Origin: Basidiobolus meristosporus CBS 931.73
Lineage: Eukaryota; Fungi; Basidiobolomycota
NCBI GenBank assembly: GCA_002104905.1
Contig: MCFE01000396.1
Location: forward strand, 17,850 to 81,849
DNA: 64,000 nt
Direction: 5' to 3'
The number at the start of each line of letters is the position of its first letter. The first letter of the stretch is position 1. Made by a program: the position numbers and the translations under genes. Below are positions 43,727 to 56,007 of the stretch, one piece after another. The notes under the pieces are model-generated. The model was not told where the DNA came from and did not search any database. It saw only the letters and a program-made list of their open reading frames with translations.

Positions 43727-44197
43727 TCATCGGTCCCCTGCGATTTTGGGAGTGAGCGAAAATCGGACTGTTGCCTCGTACTCGTGCAATGCCTCATTGA
43801 CGATGAATCCATGCACCAGCATATCGTCGAAGCTTTTGATGGAACGCAGTCTGCATCGGACCTCCTCCAGACCGTCACGTGGGATTGAGGTGTTCTTGAC
43901 CGAGATCGTCCTTTTCTCATGTCGGGTTTCCCTGACTTCAGAAATGGTGTACCACACGATCTCCACCTGTTCGGCAAATTTGGATTTCAGCGATTCACAG
44001 CGACGCTTGTCCTCGTCCAGGTGGATCGGAAATATCTGACCGAAACGCTTCTTGTCGACAGCCTTCGGTGGGGGATGTTTGAGGGTGTAGATGTGTGTGG
44101 GGTAGGAGTCGGCCAAGAAGATTTTGCCGTGACGTCGTGGCTTGGGGACATGCTGGCTGGGTGGACTAGCAGGAGATGTGACTGGAGGTGAAGTCAT
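43727..44197 (-). CDS. Uncharacterised 156-aa protein
   Basis: Intronless ORF with a Pro/Ser-rich N-terminus and a globular-looking remainder; TATATAAG about 50 nt upstream on the same strand; no family recognised. Confidence 0.6.
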   Translation of the reverse strand: MTSPPVTSPASPPSQHVPKPRRHGKIFLADSYPTHIYTLKHPPPKAVDKKRFGQIFPIHLDEDKRRCESLKSKFAEQVEIVWYTISEVRETRHEKRTISVKNTSIPRDGLEEVRCRLRSIKSFDDMLVHGFIVNEALHEYEATVRFSLTPKIAGDR

Positions 44198-45015
44198 GAC
44201 CCATCTGTCTAGTGGGAATCTATCATTTCAGGAAAGCGAGGCTGCCTTATATACCACATCCAAGAGCCAAGCGATCGCGAGGATTGGCTGATCTCTCTCA
44301 CCGCCATTTGAGTCGTTTCTCCCTCCCCAGCATGCAATTTGTCCAGTAGCGACTTTGTTTTCCTTGCTGCCAAGTCAAATGGGATGGATGCTCTCCACAT
44401 CAGTGTCGCGACATCGTCAGATGCGCTCATCAAGAAAAATGCTTATTACTCCTCGACACAGCCAATTGTCCCGTACGTATGACTGTGCCAAGCATGAGGT
44501 TGCCCGCTAGGGCTCTGTACCATCACGCGTCCAATCATCTAAATCATCTGCATGTGAAGCGGGACGGCGCGAAACCCTAACCCCAAGCTTAAATATTCCA
44601 TATGGTCAGGAGTCCCATCATTTAAATCATCCTAATTATGGTAAAAATGCCCTGTTCAAGCAAATATCTCGATATGTGGTCAGTGGCTAATCCGCCCATG
44701 ATGCTCGATTACATCGATAATGATCCCGACAAGGCTAAATGGGATCGATGCTGAATGGGGAATTCTCAGGTTTCAGGTGAATCTGGAAGATTTCCCTGGC
44801 CCGTTGATGCCTTCATATGAGAGAGCCGTTTCAGTGATCACTAAGGAAGATTTAATGACGGCCAGATTTATATATGGAAATGCAATAGATGGTTCCGTCC
44901 ATATTTCGCCAAATCCCATCTCATTTCCACCAAAACGAGACACTTTGTGTGAAGCGAAAGCTATTTAACCTTCGGACCAACCGTTTCCCCCTTAAACAAC
45001 CTCCCTCTATCTATC

Positions 45016-46079
45016 ATGGCCCTGGCAAAGGTACTTAACCTTGGTTTCGAAGTCCTCCTCGAGAGAGACACCATCCTGAATGGCTTCGACGTCGACACGC
45101 GAGTCAACAACTACATCCGTGGGAAAGTTCTCCTGCACCCCAAGATCAGGACCAACCTGACTGAGCTCAACCTGGTTCTGGAAGGCAAATTCTCCGTGCA
45201 ATCGCTTAAAGGTGGGTGATGGCGTGATGCCGTTGGTTCCCGAGTGCTTTCGCTAACTGATTAACTCCAACAGGTTTCAAACGGATTGAAAAGATTATCA
45301 TCGAACAGAAGGTGACTCTATCGGAGCCACAGACGGAAGGGGTCCCTCTCACTCCCACTTGCCATGAGTATCCCTTTGAACTCTGCCTCCCTGGGGATCT
45401 TCCTCCATCGTTCCGGGGGAATTACGGTCAGCTCACCTACACCGTCCGCGCTTTGGGGACCTTGTCCAGTCACTGGTCGCTATCGTACATCAAGGCTGAG
45501 CGGGACCTGCAGATCTTCCGGGATATGCGGCCCCTGTATGATACCTATCGAACCCAGTTGTCGGGCAATTGGATGGATTCCATCGAATACAATGCCTCCT
45601 TCTCCACAAATACCTACAAACCTGGAGACGTCATTCCCATCACCTTCAAATATCACGTGAAGGACCAGAATATCCGCATCAACCATATCATCGCGTTTCT
45701 TCGGGAGTCTAGCGTGTATCGTATGCCCTCGGATGAGCACACTAGCGGACACATCATCCGCGAAGACCGCGAGACCATTGATCTTAACGGGGACTACAGC
45801 GAGGGGTTCTACGACGGGGAGTGCCAGTTGGACCTCCAGATCCCCACGAACCTGCTCAGCTACGATTGCCTCACGGAGTACGGTCAGATCACCCACAAGA
45901 TCAGCTTTCGTATTGACTACGTGCTGAACGGGAGCATCAACCATTTCAGTGTTGCCATCCCCGTCGCCATTCTACCCACCAGCCTGACCGAGCTCTTGGA
46001 CACTCACGTGGACGAGCAGCTTCCCATGTACGACGTCATCGCTCCCCCACCATCGTACTGCCAGATCGAGGTCTCCTAA
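45016..46079 (+). CDS. Alpha-arrestin (arrestin N/C folds, C-terminal PY motifs), two exons
   Basis: YIRGKVLLHP, intron 45212-45273, HEYPFELCLPGDLPPSFRGNYGQLTYTVRA, YKPGDVIPI, ITHKISFRI; terminal LPMY and PPSY motifs. Confidence 0.85.
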
Positions 46080-46168
46080 TGGGCGTGCTGGTGCTCGCCC
46101 ATTTTATGTCTGCGCTCATTTGTAAAAAACAATGCATCATTTGTACATCTTCCCGTATGCTCATATAC

Positions 46169-46186
46169 ATATATATATATATATAT
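46169..46186. repeat. (AT)9 microsatellite between the convergent arrestin and WDR48 3' ends
   Basis: Read directly. Confidence 0.85.
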
Positions 46187-46353
46187 CCAAGTCAATGCTT
46201 TTTAATCAATAAACTTCACTCCCAACAATCGGGTTGTCAAATTAAACTGGTTCGGTGTTGGTGACGGGTGCGGGTCGAGGCTGGGGAGGAGAGGAGAGGA
46301 AAGGAAAGGGAGGCGGAGGATGCTGCATGCTGATGGTCCCTGGTGCTAGTCTA

Positions 46354-49300
46354 CTACTGCAAGGACTTGATTTTATATCGGTAGGTGATCAGCACATCTC
46401 CTCCTAATCTCCAGATAAACGCCCGAATGGTCGCCAACGTGATGGTGGGCGGGAGAACCTAAACGAACGAAAGCGTAAGCCACCCTTTCGGCCCTATACC
46501 TGGCGGTCACATGAGCCTACCTGATCGTGACAACACAGTTCTATCCATTGCTCCGGTTTGATGGTGGAGTCGACGCCGTTAGAGCTGGACCCGTACGCCT
46601 TCCCATAGGGACTCGTGGCGGGCTGGTCAAGCTCCAGCTTTTCAACAATGTACGAGAGCAACTTTCTCACCCGAAGCATACGGTTCGCAATCAGTCGGGA
46701 GTTGCTGTAGAGGGGGGGGGGTGTTGGTAAGTGCATCGTTCACACCGAAGGGGATGCGGATCCTACTTACCCGTTGGGCAGCTCGGAGAGCCCGGAGTTT
46801 TCATGTGGCTTCAGGACGAAGCTGAGCTTGACCGGTTCTTTAACCGGGATTCTTCCCTGGATGCCGTGAGACGTTAGTGTTAGTCACCGTCCAGCCCACA
46901 GTCTTCCTGCTTTTCCACTTACCTTGAACAGGAATTCAAGCAACCATATCGGGGCCACGTCATCTATGTAGTGGTAATCCACACCGAGATTGCCCACGGT
47001 TCCATGGTAGATGTCCACCGACGTGCTGGCCTCGTGGGTTTCCTCGGAGATGATGATGTTGGTATCGGATGGAATGGACAACGGGGGAGTTTCCTGTGCG
47101 ATGGCGGTCTCCTCCTAGATTTGTCGGGGGGGGGGTGGGAAGTTAATGAATTAGCCGTCGACGTCGTGGTCGATGTTCATCCCTGGTTCACGTACCCGTT
47201 CGGAGTGTCTGGCGAACTCCTCTTCGCGGTGCGACGACTCCTCCTTCTTGGGCATTCCGGGTGGATTCAATGTGGGTTGCGCAGGGTGGGTATTCGTTGG
47301 ACTCGAAGGAGGAAGCTGGCTCGACACGGTGGTGCCACCGACCGGCTGGTTGTTGGACACGTGCTCGCTCTGCTCCAGGTCATTCTTGGGTTCGTTTCCG
47401 GGGGTTCGGGAGAGCTTTTTGTAGGAGAACGACTTGAGTCGTCCCATAAAGCTGGACGAGGGCCCGGTGAGCACCGCCGGCTGTGGACGGGTGGGGATCG
47501 GGACCGGTCCGACTGTGCTGGTGGTGCCCGTGCTGGGGGTGGAGAAATAATCGTTAGATGCTAGAGTGGCGGGGGCAGTGTGTAGAGGTGGGTTGACGCT
47601 GGAGTTGGGCGGAGATCCGTAGGAGAAGTAATCCCCGCCATTCGAATTGAGCGATGGAATTAAGGACTGCGGTTGGGGAGATAGCACCCCTGTGGGCGAC
47701 TTGGGTACTACGCTATGTGGAGTGGTAGCTGCCGCGGGGGTGGTGGCAAGGGGCAGCATCGGCTTGGGCGCCATCATTGGCGGTAGTTCCTCATTACTGG
47801 ATTTATGCTGGTCCTCGATGTTGTGGGTGAGGCTGGTCATGCCAAGCCCGTAGTTTCCATTGCTAGGTGTTGGGGTGCGGGTGGGTGGTAATGAGTGACC
47901 CGGCTGAAAGTGATCGGGTGTTGTGGAGGGGAAGGCCGGGGCGTACCCATTCTGGGACAGCGGGAGGCTCTGAAGAGGCCTTGTCTCGGTATAGTTGGCG
48001 AAAAGGTTGCGAAGCACCCATTTCCCGAGGTTCACTAGAGCCAAGAGTATGGTTTAGTTCAGGTTACTCAGCCATCCGGCTGAAGGGAGTATTCGACTGA
48101 CCTCTTTGATCTTCCGAAGGGTTCTCCTCTTCGGGTAGATCCAGCTCATCCAGATACACTTCTCCGTCAAAGCATCTTCTCTCGTCAAGACACACGGTCA
48201 ATGCCTATAGTCGCACCAAGGTGAGTTGTCTAGCAAAAGTCCAAAGGAAGAATGAACCAGAAGCTTACTCCGATTCTAGTGTCTATAGAGCACCAGGTAG
48301 CCACAGACTCTTGGGTATTCATTTCGGAAACTAGCTCATCGAGGTTCGCCTTTCCGAGAGTTTTCAACTTCTTACACTGTGTCACATGGGGTCAACGGGG
48401 TGGGTTTGGGTCCTGGGGAAATCGGTGGTGGAGGCACTCTACCTGAATAATGTCCCATAGATCCACCACACCGTCTGTATCGAGAGTGAGAACGTGGCGG
48501 CGATTATTGAGCATGGCGTGCTTAATCAGGCCATGTTTTCCTTGGAACAAACGACTTTAGTCCCCCGCTACCGGATCCCAGTTTCCACAAGATGGGTTAC
48601 CTTCAATCGTCTCGTCGGGCTCTGTTCTCATCGGAACCACGATTTCTGGCACGAGGGGATCATCTACCACCGAGTAATTCAAGGACAAGAAGGAGGTTGG
48701 TCGGCCTTTCCGTTCGCCCAGGAGAAGTTCGAGATGTTCATCTCTAGAAGGCGACTCTGGGACGGCCATTCTTATCATGGACGAGGCGGGGACGGGTGAC
48801 GAGGGTGGGAGATAGAGGCTGGAGCTCATACTCTTCCCAGAGGGGAGAGTGGTATCTCTCTAAGATGGAGTCAATGAGCCTTCGTTGGAGGTGAAGATTG
48901 GTGATACTCAAAAGTGGTACGTACCCAGCGGTTGATGCTTGAACTAGCGGTTGCGGTCCAGATGTACTTATTGTCGACAGCTACCAACTAGAGCCGTACT
49001 CATATTGTTAATCAGACTGAGCGTCGGGTGCCTTATGAATGGAGTTTACCTTGACAACTCCATGCTTTTCTTTGCATATGGCAACGCACTCTCCGTCGTT
49101 TCCATCGGAATCCGATCCTCTAGAGCCAACGTAAGTCTTGGTCACCAAACCGTCTTTCCTCCGGCGTAGAACGTCTCCAGCTGGGGATGGTCGGAATACA
49201 GGGACCAAACCGAGTCGGAATGGGTCGTATAGGTGTTGATGCACCTTTGGGCAGAAAGGGACCACAGCTTGATGGTGGAATCGGAGGAGGCGGAAAGAAG

Positions 49301-50472
49301 CTGGCGAAAGGAAAAATCAGTTTCCGAACAACGGGAATGAAGTTGCTCGAGTTGAACGCACCAGCTGACCATCATCACTTATCAAAAGGGCTCGGATGTT
49401 GTCGGTATGCCCGGTTAGCTTGGTGATCTTCTTACCACTGCGTGGATCCCACACTCGGACCACCTAAGCATCGACTTGGTTAGTTCATGGATTGGGGGGG
49501 GAGGAGAGAGCGGTGCAAATGCATAGAACAGAGATCGACCTTTTCGGGAGACCCAGAGGCCAGGATACTTCCGTAGCGGTTACAGGCAAGCGCGTATACG
49601 GATGCTATGGGGGATGCCTCAGGAAGCGTCACTTAGGCTGGGTTAGTACGCGGAAGGTGAGCCAGAATATGGAGCTACTTGCGGGCCTACCTATGGGTGC
49701 GTAACTTCCATCTGAGCCGGATCTTCCTTCGTCAATATCCCAGATATGGATTTTTCGATCCAAACCACCACTGGCGATCCAGTTGGTGGAAGGTCCGTGG
49801 GCCAGCACTTTGATGTAATCACTATGATACCCAACGGTAGTCACGTTGGGCACCGATGAATGGGGGGACCAAAGCTTCAGAGTTCTGTCTGCCGAGGCGG
49901 AGATCACTAGAGGGGAGAGGGGAGCTCGTTAGTGGTGGAGCGAACAGACCACCTGTCTCATCATACGTACGACTTTGCCCTTGATGGCACAAGACAATGT
50001 CGTTGACCCAGTCGGTGTGGTGTTGCGAGGATTGTCTAAAGGTGGATTTCGGCACGGCACCCTAGAAACGAAGGGGAGGAAAGCCCTTTAGTCAGCGGCT
50101 CGGTTGGGTGACAAACGCTCGGGCCCGAACGGGAGCCGAACCCATTACCGTGGTCGGATCGATTTCCCAGGCGGCGGACTCTGCTTGGGTCTGGGTGTGA
50201 TCGGCGCCCACCAGGTATTCCCCGTCTAAAACTACGCTGATGGGAGAGGAGTAATTGGTGTCGAGAGATCGAGCTGGTTTGAAAGGCAGATGCAGATCCC
50301 AGGAAGCCACTAAACCATCTCTACCTGCGGAATAGAGGATCCCTCCTGGGGCACCTGAGGAAGTCGGGGTAGTGGTATCAAGAGCAAGTGAATTGATACC
50401 CAGCAAATGGGCAGGGGTACCGTTTCCTTGGTTGAGAATGTAGGAAACCTTACGTCTGACTGCACGTTTCAT
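46354..50472 (-). CDS. WDR48: WDR48/UAF1 (Duf1/Bun107) deubiquitinase cofactor, multi-exon
   Basis: [132 protein letters not shown]-type end. Confidence 0.9.
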
Positions 50473-51105
50473 GTGTGTTTGGTTGTATCAAGGGGAGGCA
50501 AGTGAACGGGGCGACTGACAAATGGATCGTTGTTTCAGACAGAAAGGCACTTGTTGGATAGCATTCGAGTGCGGACGATGGGTTGGGGCCGAAGGCAGTT
50601 GGGCACGCAGGTATGGGGTGGGAGGGAGATGTGAACCGGAGTCAATCTATGGTTTCTGAGGTTGTCTTGGGGAGCTCACGAAAAATTTGAACCAAGTCGA
50701 AGTAAACCGAGCCACTGTGGAAGAGCAGCGGAGAGTGGATATGGTGAACGTGATAAATTCCTGTCCAGCTGACCATCTCGGCCGCACTTACTAGGAAGGC
50801 GACCTCTCCCAAGTCACATGACCACCATCCATCGTCGTGTAGACATCGCACTCCAATGCTGGATCTGCCACAACGTCATGGAAGCACAGCATCGGGTCCT
50901 CCAAATAAGGAATGCGGTGGATTTGTCCACCCAAAATATGGCGAAATATTTAGGCTAATCTCCCAAGCCAAGGGTGTGTGTGCGTGCGTGTGGGTGGTTG
51001 AAATGAAATCTTGGTTTATTTTACAACACAGAAAAGTTGGACTGAGTGGAGAAGCCAGGCTGGGACAGCATCGGCGCACTTATATATATATTCTTACCCG
51101 GTAAA

Positions 51106-53603
51106 TTACATCAAAATTTTCTCTTCCAGCTTCTGGCGAAGGTCCTGGACTACCGGATCATCGACATCCTCGGTGCTGTCGATGAACTGGCTCATAAGGC
51201 TTTCCAGGCCATTCTTCCGTAGTGTCTCCTCGATGTGATCGATCAGTCGATAGCACGAGGCGACGAAGGGGGCGGAGAATGGCGGCTCGATCATCTCCAG
51301 GACCTAGAGGTTGGTTAGGCAGGTTAGCGAACCGTCGGCCGACATTGGTTGGTGGTGGAGGGTATCAGGACTGACCTCACGGACGAAATGGATCAGCAAA
51401 CTCTCGTCCATCTTCTCAGCTGCATCCTCGACATAGCTCATAACAGGGGTCACGAAGTTGAGCTGCATTAGATAGATCAACCGGTCCAAGAGCATCTTGC
51501 GGAAAATCATCTGTTGCGAACCAGGCCAGGTTCAAGTTCGGGTTAGTGGTGCTCTTACACGGTGGTCGAGTGGAAAGTAGCTTACCAGGGTGGGGCCACC
51601 CAGAGAGGTCAGATCCATCTTCATGCTTGAGATGAAGATCTCGAAGATTCGTTGCTGCTGGAGCGGATGGCGATATGCGATCTGGTGCATGTGGTTAGTG
51701 ATCCTGCCCTGGTCGCCCGCGCCCATCATCTGGAACTTACCTCCTCCAACAAAAGATGGGGAAGGGACACCTCGGTCGTCCGGAAGTAGTTCTCATAGTA
51801 GCTTGTTTCGTGAAGGAGATTGTCAATATACAGCGTGAATCCTAGTGCTATGACGGGAATGCTGTTCGGGTGAGGGATCAGTACGGCGGTCTTAAGCGGC
51901 CCCACACAACCACGCTTACTTGAAGTAGGGCAGAATCTTCCCGGTGACGGTGTTCAGCTCGGTCCCGGTGGGCTTCCGTGACAGCAGGCTCTCCAATAGC
52001 TTGAGCGCATCAAAGTTGCTTTGCAGATCGGCCTTGTCAAGCTTCAGTACACTGGGTTAGCACACATGTCTATGCAGCATCCTCGGAATGCAGATACCTG
52101 GCCAGCGCTATCGGTCTTGACTCCTGTAGCGTATGCGATCAACCATAGGTATTTTTCCTTCAACTCGGGTCTCATCGTGTTCACACCTTCGCTGTTGGGG
52201 ACTAGGACAGCTGACAGCAAAATTTCTAGTAGGTTGCGGGGGTCAGTGGGGGACAATGCAGTTGACAGGTAGGTCTCAGAAGCTTCTCACCTAACAACTC
52301 AGAGTCTCTGAGATGCTCGACGGGCGGAGGAGCTGGTCCAGTGTAAGCACGATAAAGCTATAGATAAACGGGGGATTAGTGCCAGGGGAGGGAAGTATGT
52401 GACGTTGCTGTTCATTACCGAGATCACATCTCCGGGGGAAGGAACCTTTCCTAGCAAGATGGCCGCTAGAGGGGCGGCGATCTGGGTGGGTGTTTCTTCC
52501 AAGAAGAAGCGAAGGGTGTTGACGAGCTGGGGTCTGCAAAGACGGGTGAGTATAGGCCCAGGAAAGCCAGCGGGAATGGGTTACCTATTGAACTTCTCAT
52601 TGACCTCTTCCTCGAGTTCTTTCGAAATACGGGTGAACGCAAAGCCACCGGGCTCCTTCATGAGTTGGCGAATAAGGATCTGGGTAAACAGGTAGGTATA
52701 CTCGTTCTGGCACGACAATTTCTGGTGGATCAAGGCCAAGGTTAGTGCTGAACACCAAGAGGTGTGTGGAATGGGGACCTACGAGTAAGTCGGGAATTTG
52801 ATCATTCAGAGTGACATCGTCCAGGTCCTTGAGCTTCTGAAGGGTCCCCACGACAACCCCGGTAAATACGTTCACATACGTGGACGCAGTGGCAACGCTC
52901 GACATCTCCGATTGATACCCGGCGTCGGAGATTCGCTGAACAAACAAACCAAAGTTAGCCTCGCCAGACACGTGGGAACGAAAGGGACTCGACGATAGTA
53001 CCTGGATGGCAAAGTTGAGCAATAGACACTTCTTATGCTTCTCCGACAGTTCGTAGATCATATTTCTCCAGAATGGCTCGTGGATCATACCCTCCAGCCA
53101 GGCGGGTGGGTTCTAGCAAACGGGTGAATCGCAATGAGCAAAGGGAGGATGGTGCAGGTTAAGAAGTGGCCAGAAAATACTTCTGAATTCATGAATTCGG
53201 CGTCGACTGTAGTTGGGTTGAATCTCTCCAGGACTCGATCTCGAACGAGTTTCTTCATCTCCAGTTCGTAATCGATGTCGAACTCCTCACACCATTCCGA
53301 GGCGATATTGCACATCTGGGCGAGGCCAACGTATTTCTCGGACAACATGGTGACTGCCTGGAAGGGAGTGCCGCCGTTGGTCAGAAATTCGGTGAGTTGC
53401 TTGTCCATGTTCGGTTCCATGATGGCATCTTACGAGGAAGGGGTGAGTAAAAAGTAGAGATCCTTCGCCAGCAAACAACTGCGTACCTATCCCAGAAAGG
53501 GCAGCCCGAGCTTTGTCTTGTCTTGCTTGTTTGTCAGCCTGAAAGAAATCCGGATCAACACGATGAATCAAACGGAAAGAAGAAGATCGACACACTCTAC
53601 CAT
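51106..53603 (-). CDS. NELFCD: Negative elongation factor C/D (TH1-like), multi-exon
   Basis: DAIMEPNMDKQLTEFLTNGGTPFQAVTMLSEKYVGLAQMCNIASEW, WLEGMIHEPFWRNMIYELSEKHKKCLLLNFAIQRISDAGYQSEMSSVATA, IAYRHPLQQ, LLDRLIYLM..VTPVMSYV..LLIHFVREVLEMIEPPFS. These align motif by motif with human TH1L (YIMEPSIF..GGSPENVIQLLSENY..AQTVNLLAEW; LMLNFTVKLISDAGYQGEI; LLDRMVHL; FVTEVLDVIAPPY). Confidence 0.9.
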
Positions 53604-53759
53604 ATCAACATAAACACCTGGGGGTAATCAGTGGGATTGTAAGGGAAACTTGACGCGTTGAGACTACTTAATGAACGTGACAAATAACTCCAAACAACGT
53701 ATCTGTTGAGGAGGCAAATTCGCCTGTATTCTTCCACAAATAAAGAAAATCCAAAGTCT

Positions 53760-53814
53760 GATTAAATCCGATGGCCAATGATTAGCAAAGTTTGATTAAA
53801 TCCCGTGGCCAATG
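53760..53814. promoter_or_regulatory. Duplicated 21-bp element with two CCAAT boxes 34 bp apart, in the divergent NELF-C/D - secreted peptide promoter
   Basis: gattaaatccgatggccaatg (53760) and gattaaatcccgtggccaatg (53794). Confidence 0.5.
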
Positions 53815-54021
53815 GGCTTGGCGACGAGCGATCCAGGTAAATTTCAGGAGTCTTTGTAAGACCCCGCAACAGGCCCCTCAATTTCTCCAACAGTAGTAGC
53901 CACCATTTTCGGTTTGATGGCCTGTGTCTTTTGCAAGGTTTCATGATTCTCTTGCGCCTCCTTCACCCATCTGGATAAATACACCATGGTGCCTGCCATC
54001 TTACTCACGCCAACTACAACT

Positions 54022-54216
54022 ATGAATCTCTCCGCTATTCTTCTCGTGATCTGTCTGTTTGCCTGCCAGGCGTTTGCTGTCATCAATGAACACGAAATCG
54101 GCCAGGAAGAGTTGATACTCGATCTGGGGAACCTTCTGAACCTGAGACTAAACTTGGGTAGCTTAGGCAGTCTCACCGTTGGGAAGCAACATAAGAGCAA
54201 AGATACGGATTACTGA
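54022..54216 (+). CDS. Putative small secreted peptide (64 aa)
   Basis: MNLSAILLVICLFACQAFA has the form of a signal peptide with an A-F-A cleavage site; the mature part is Leu/Asn-rich; AATAAA follows the stop. Confidence 0.55.
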   Translation: MNLSAILLVICLFACQAFAVINEHEIGQEELILDLGNLLNLRLNLGSLGSLTVGKQHKSKDTDY

Positions 54217-54229
54217 GATTCCTCCCAAT

Positions 54230-55674
54230 AAAATATTTTTACTAATGTTGCAATATATACACATCCATATATATTCTTGTACTAAGTTTGCTGAGTATTC
54301 TTTAAGATTTGGTCCTAAAGTATGGTGGTGGGCATCCTCAAAATTTCCAACCTGATCACAATTCCACCCGGTCTGTTAGGGAATGATTTTGCTGCAATGT
54401 CCACATCTTAAACAAAACATTGTGATGACTTTCTTTACAACCTTCTAAATATTCTGAAAATTTTTGGATTTACCGGAAGGTTGTCCAAGTACAAAATGCT
54501 CTTTCTACTAACCTCCAAGTACTTTCAAATTCATCTTCCCCTCTTTTTCCTTATCTCCCGGTGCAAAATTTGCTTGCTGTGGCACTGTGGATTTGGAAGT
54601 GATCTGATGCACCAAAATAGAGACACAGGCTTTCCTTATTAGACTTAGTCATCTAAACTAAACTTTCATGCATTTGTGTGACCTTTGTAAACATAATGAC
54701 AGCAGTGCCTTATAGTTGACTCTGAAAAGTCATACAGAAGGCCTGTGGTCTCTTTGGCATGCCTAAAAGCTTGATCATCTCTTGTAAGTCCGCTCACTCA
54801 GAATCAGTGAATGCTGGTACAGTGTATTTGTATGGTGCCTAAACCATAATAAATTCCTGCTTAGTCAAGGAGACAGTAACAGCTGGATCAAAGCTTAGGT
54901 CCATAGGGTATCAGTCAAATATTTGATGTAACTGAAGTCTTCAGAATTGTTGCAAGCTTCAGGCTGATTCAAGTTGGCTCATGTGAAGCACAATTTTCTG
55001 GGTTCCACCTCACCACTTTGTCATCAGTAGTAATTTGGATGCAAACTGCATATTTACAACCACATGTCTTGGTGTGTGTAGAGGATTCACAATATACTGC
55101 TATAAGTCTACTATGTATTACATTTGTTGAAAGAATTTTGGAGGTATAAGAAGGGATGAGGAAACAATAGACTCTATGGTTTTTTGTTCAATAATATATT
55201 TATGCTAAGGTGGAGTTTGTGCTTTTACATAGTTTTGGCAAAACAAACACATAAAGATATTTGGAAAAATTTGATGAGCATGTGCCAAAAGTTTGGGGCT
55301 CCTTGGACAGCATAAAAAATTCTGGCCAAATTTCTTGTTAGGACTTGTTGGAATATTTCACCAAAATATCAGGTACCCAGGAAATGAAGAATCTCAAAGA
55401 TCTGCAGGTCAGGATCCAAGTGACTAAGCTAATGAACTCCTTGGTGTAACTATAAAGCTGACAGTAATATCTGCTTAGTCACTGATATCATGGCCTTTTA
55501 TTATTTCAATACTTGCCCAAAATCCTAACAGAGTTAGAGGAAACAGTTTACTGTGATCTCATGTATACAGGATAAAAATCTTGCAATATTCTGAGGAGTA
55601 TTTGCAAATGTTGTGGAGAACTAGAGGATTTTTATGTTATTTACTTATATACTCTTGATACAGTAAGACAAATA
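54230..55674. other. AT-rich, CpG-poor, ORF-less tract, probably decayed repeat DNA; includes scrambled LTR-like fragments at 55279-55399
   Basis: No ORF of 60 aa or more; composition matches the adjacent retroelements; short matches to the copia LTR in both orientations. Confidence 0.35.
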
Positions 55675-56007
55675 TGTTGTAAAAATTTGTAATTCCACCT
55701 AAATATTCACCTAACTTAATCACTTATATCATTACCTTTAAATCCTAGGTAATACTGATCAAATTCCTTGTCAGGATTTACTTAGAATATTTACCCTGGA
55801 CATAAAAAATTAGACAAGTTGTCCAAACAGCCCCAAACTTTGCACACATGCTCTTGGGACCTTCCTTAACATATTCTACATGTTTGTAATGCCAAGATCA
55901 TGTAAAAGTATAAATACTACTTTTACATACAATAACTCATTAAGTGAAAATCACATCATTTACTTGTTCTCCCAATCACTTCCAATATCTTCAAGACTCT
56001 TACAACA
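55675..56007 (+). repeat. 5' LTR of the outer copia (333 bp)
   Basis: TGTTGTAA..TTACAACA termini; homologous to the inner LTRs, with a substituted central segment. Confidence 0.9.

Noticed and set aside
44209-44433. 74-aa ORF upstream of the 156-aa unknown gene, as a possible first exon
   Set aside because: It overlaps the TATA-like element of the downstream ORF, and I found no good splice pair joining them.
53140-53180. TTCTTAAC in a NELF-C/D intron resembling a U12 branch site
   Set aside because: It sits near the 5' end of the intron, and the donor GTATTTT is not U12-type.
54600-55140. Minus-strand fragments such as KTCGCKYAVC..H and LYDFSESTIRH suggesting a Mutator or Harbinger relic
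   Set aside because: Too short and stop-ridden to assign by eye; needs tblastx or HMM against transposase libraries.
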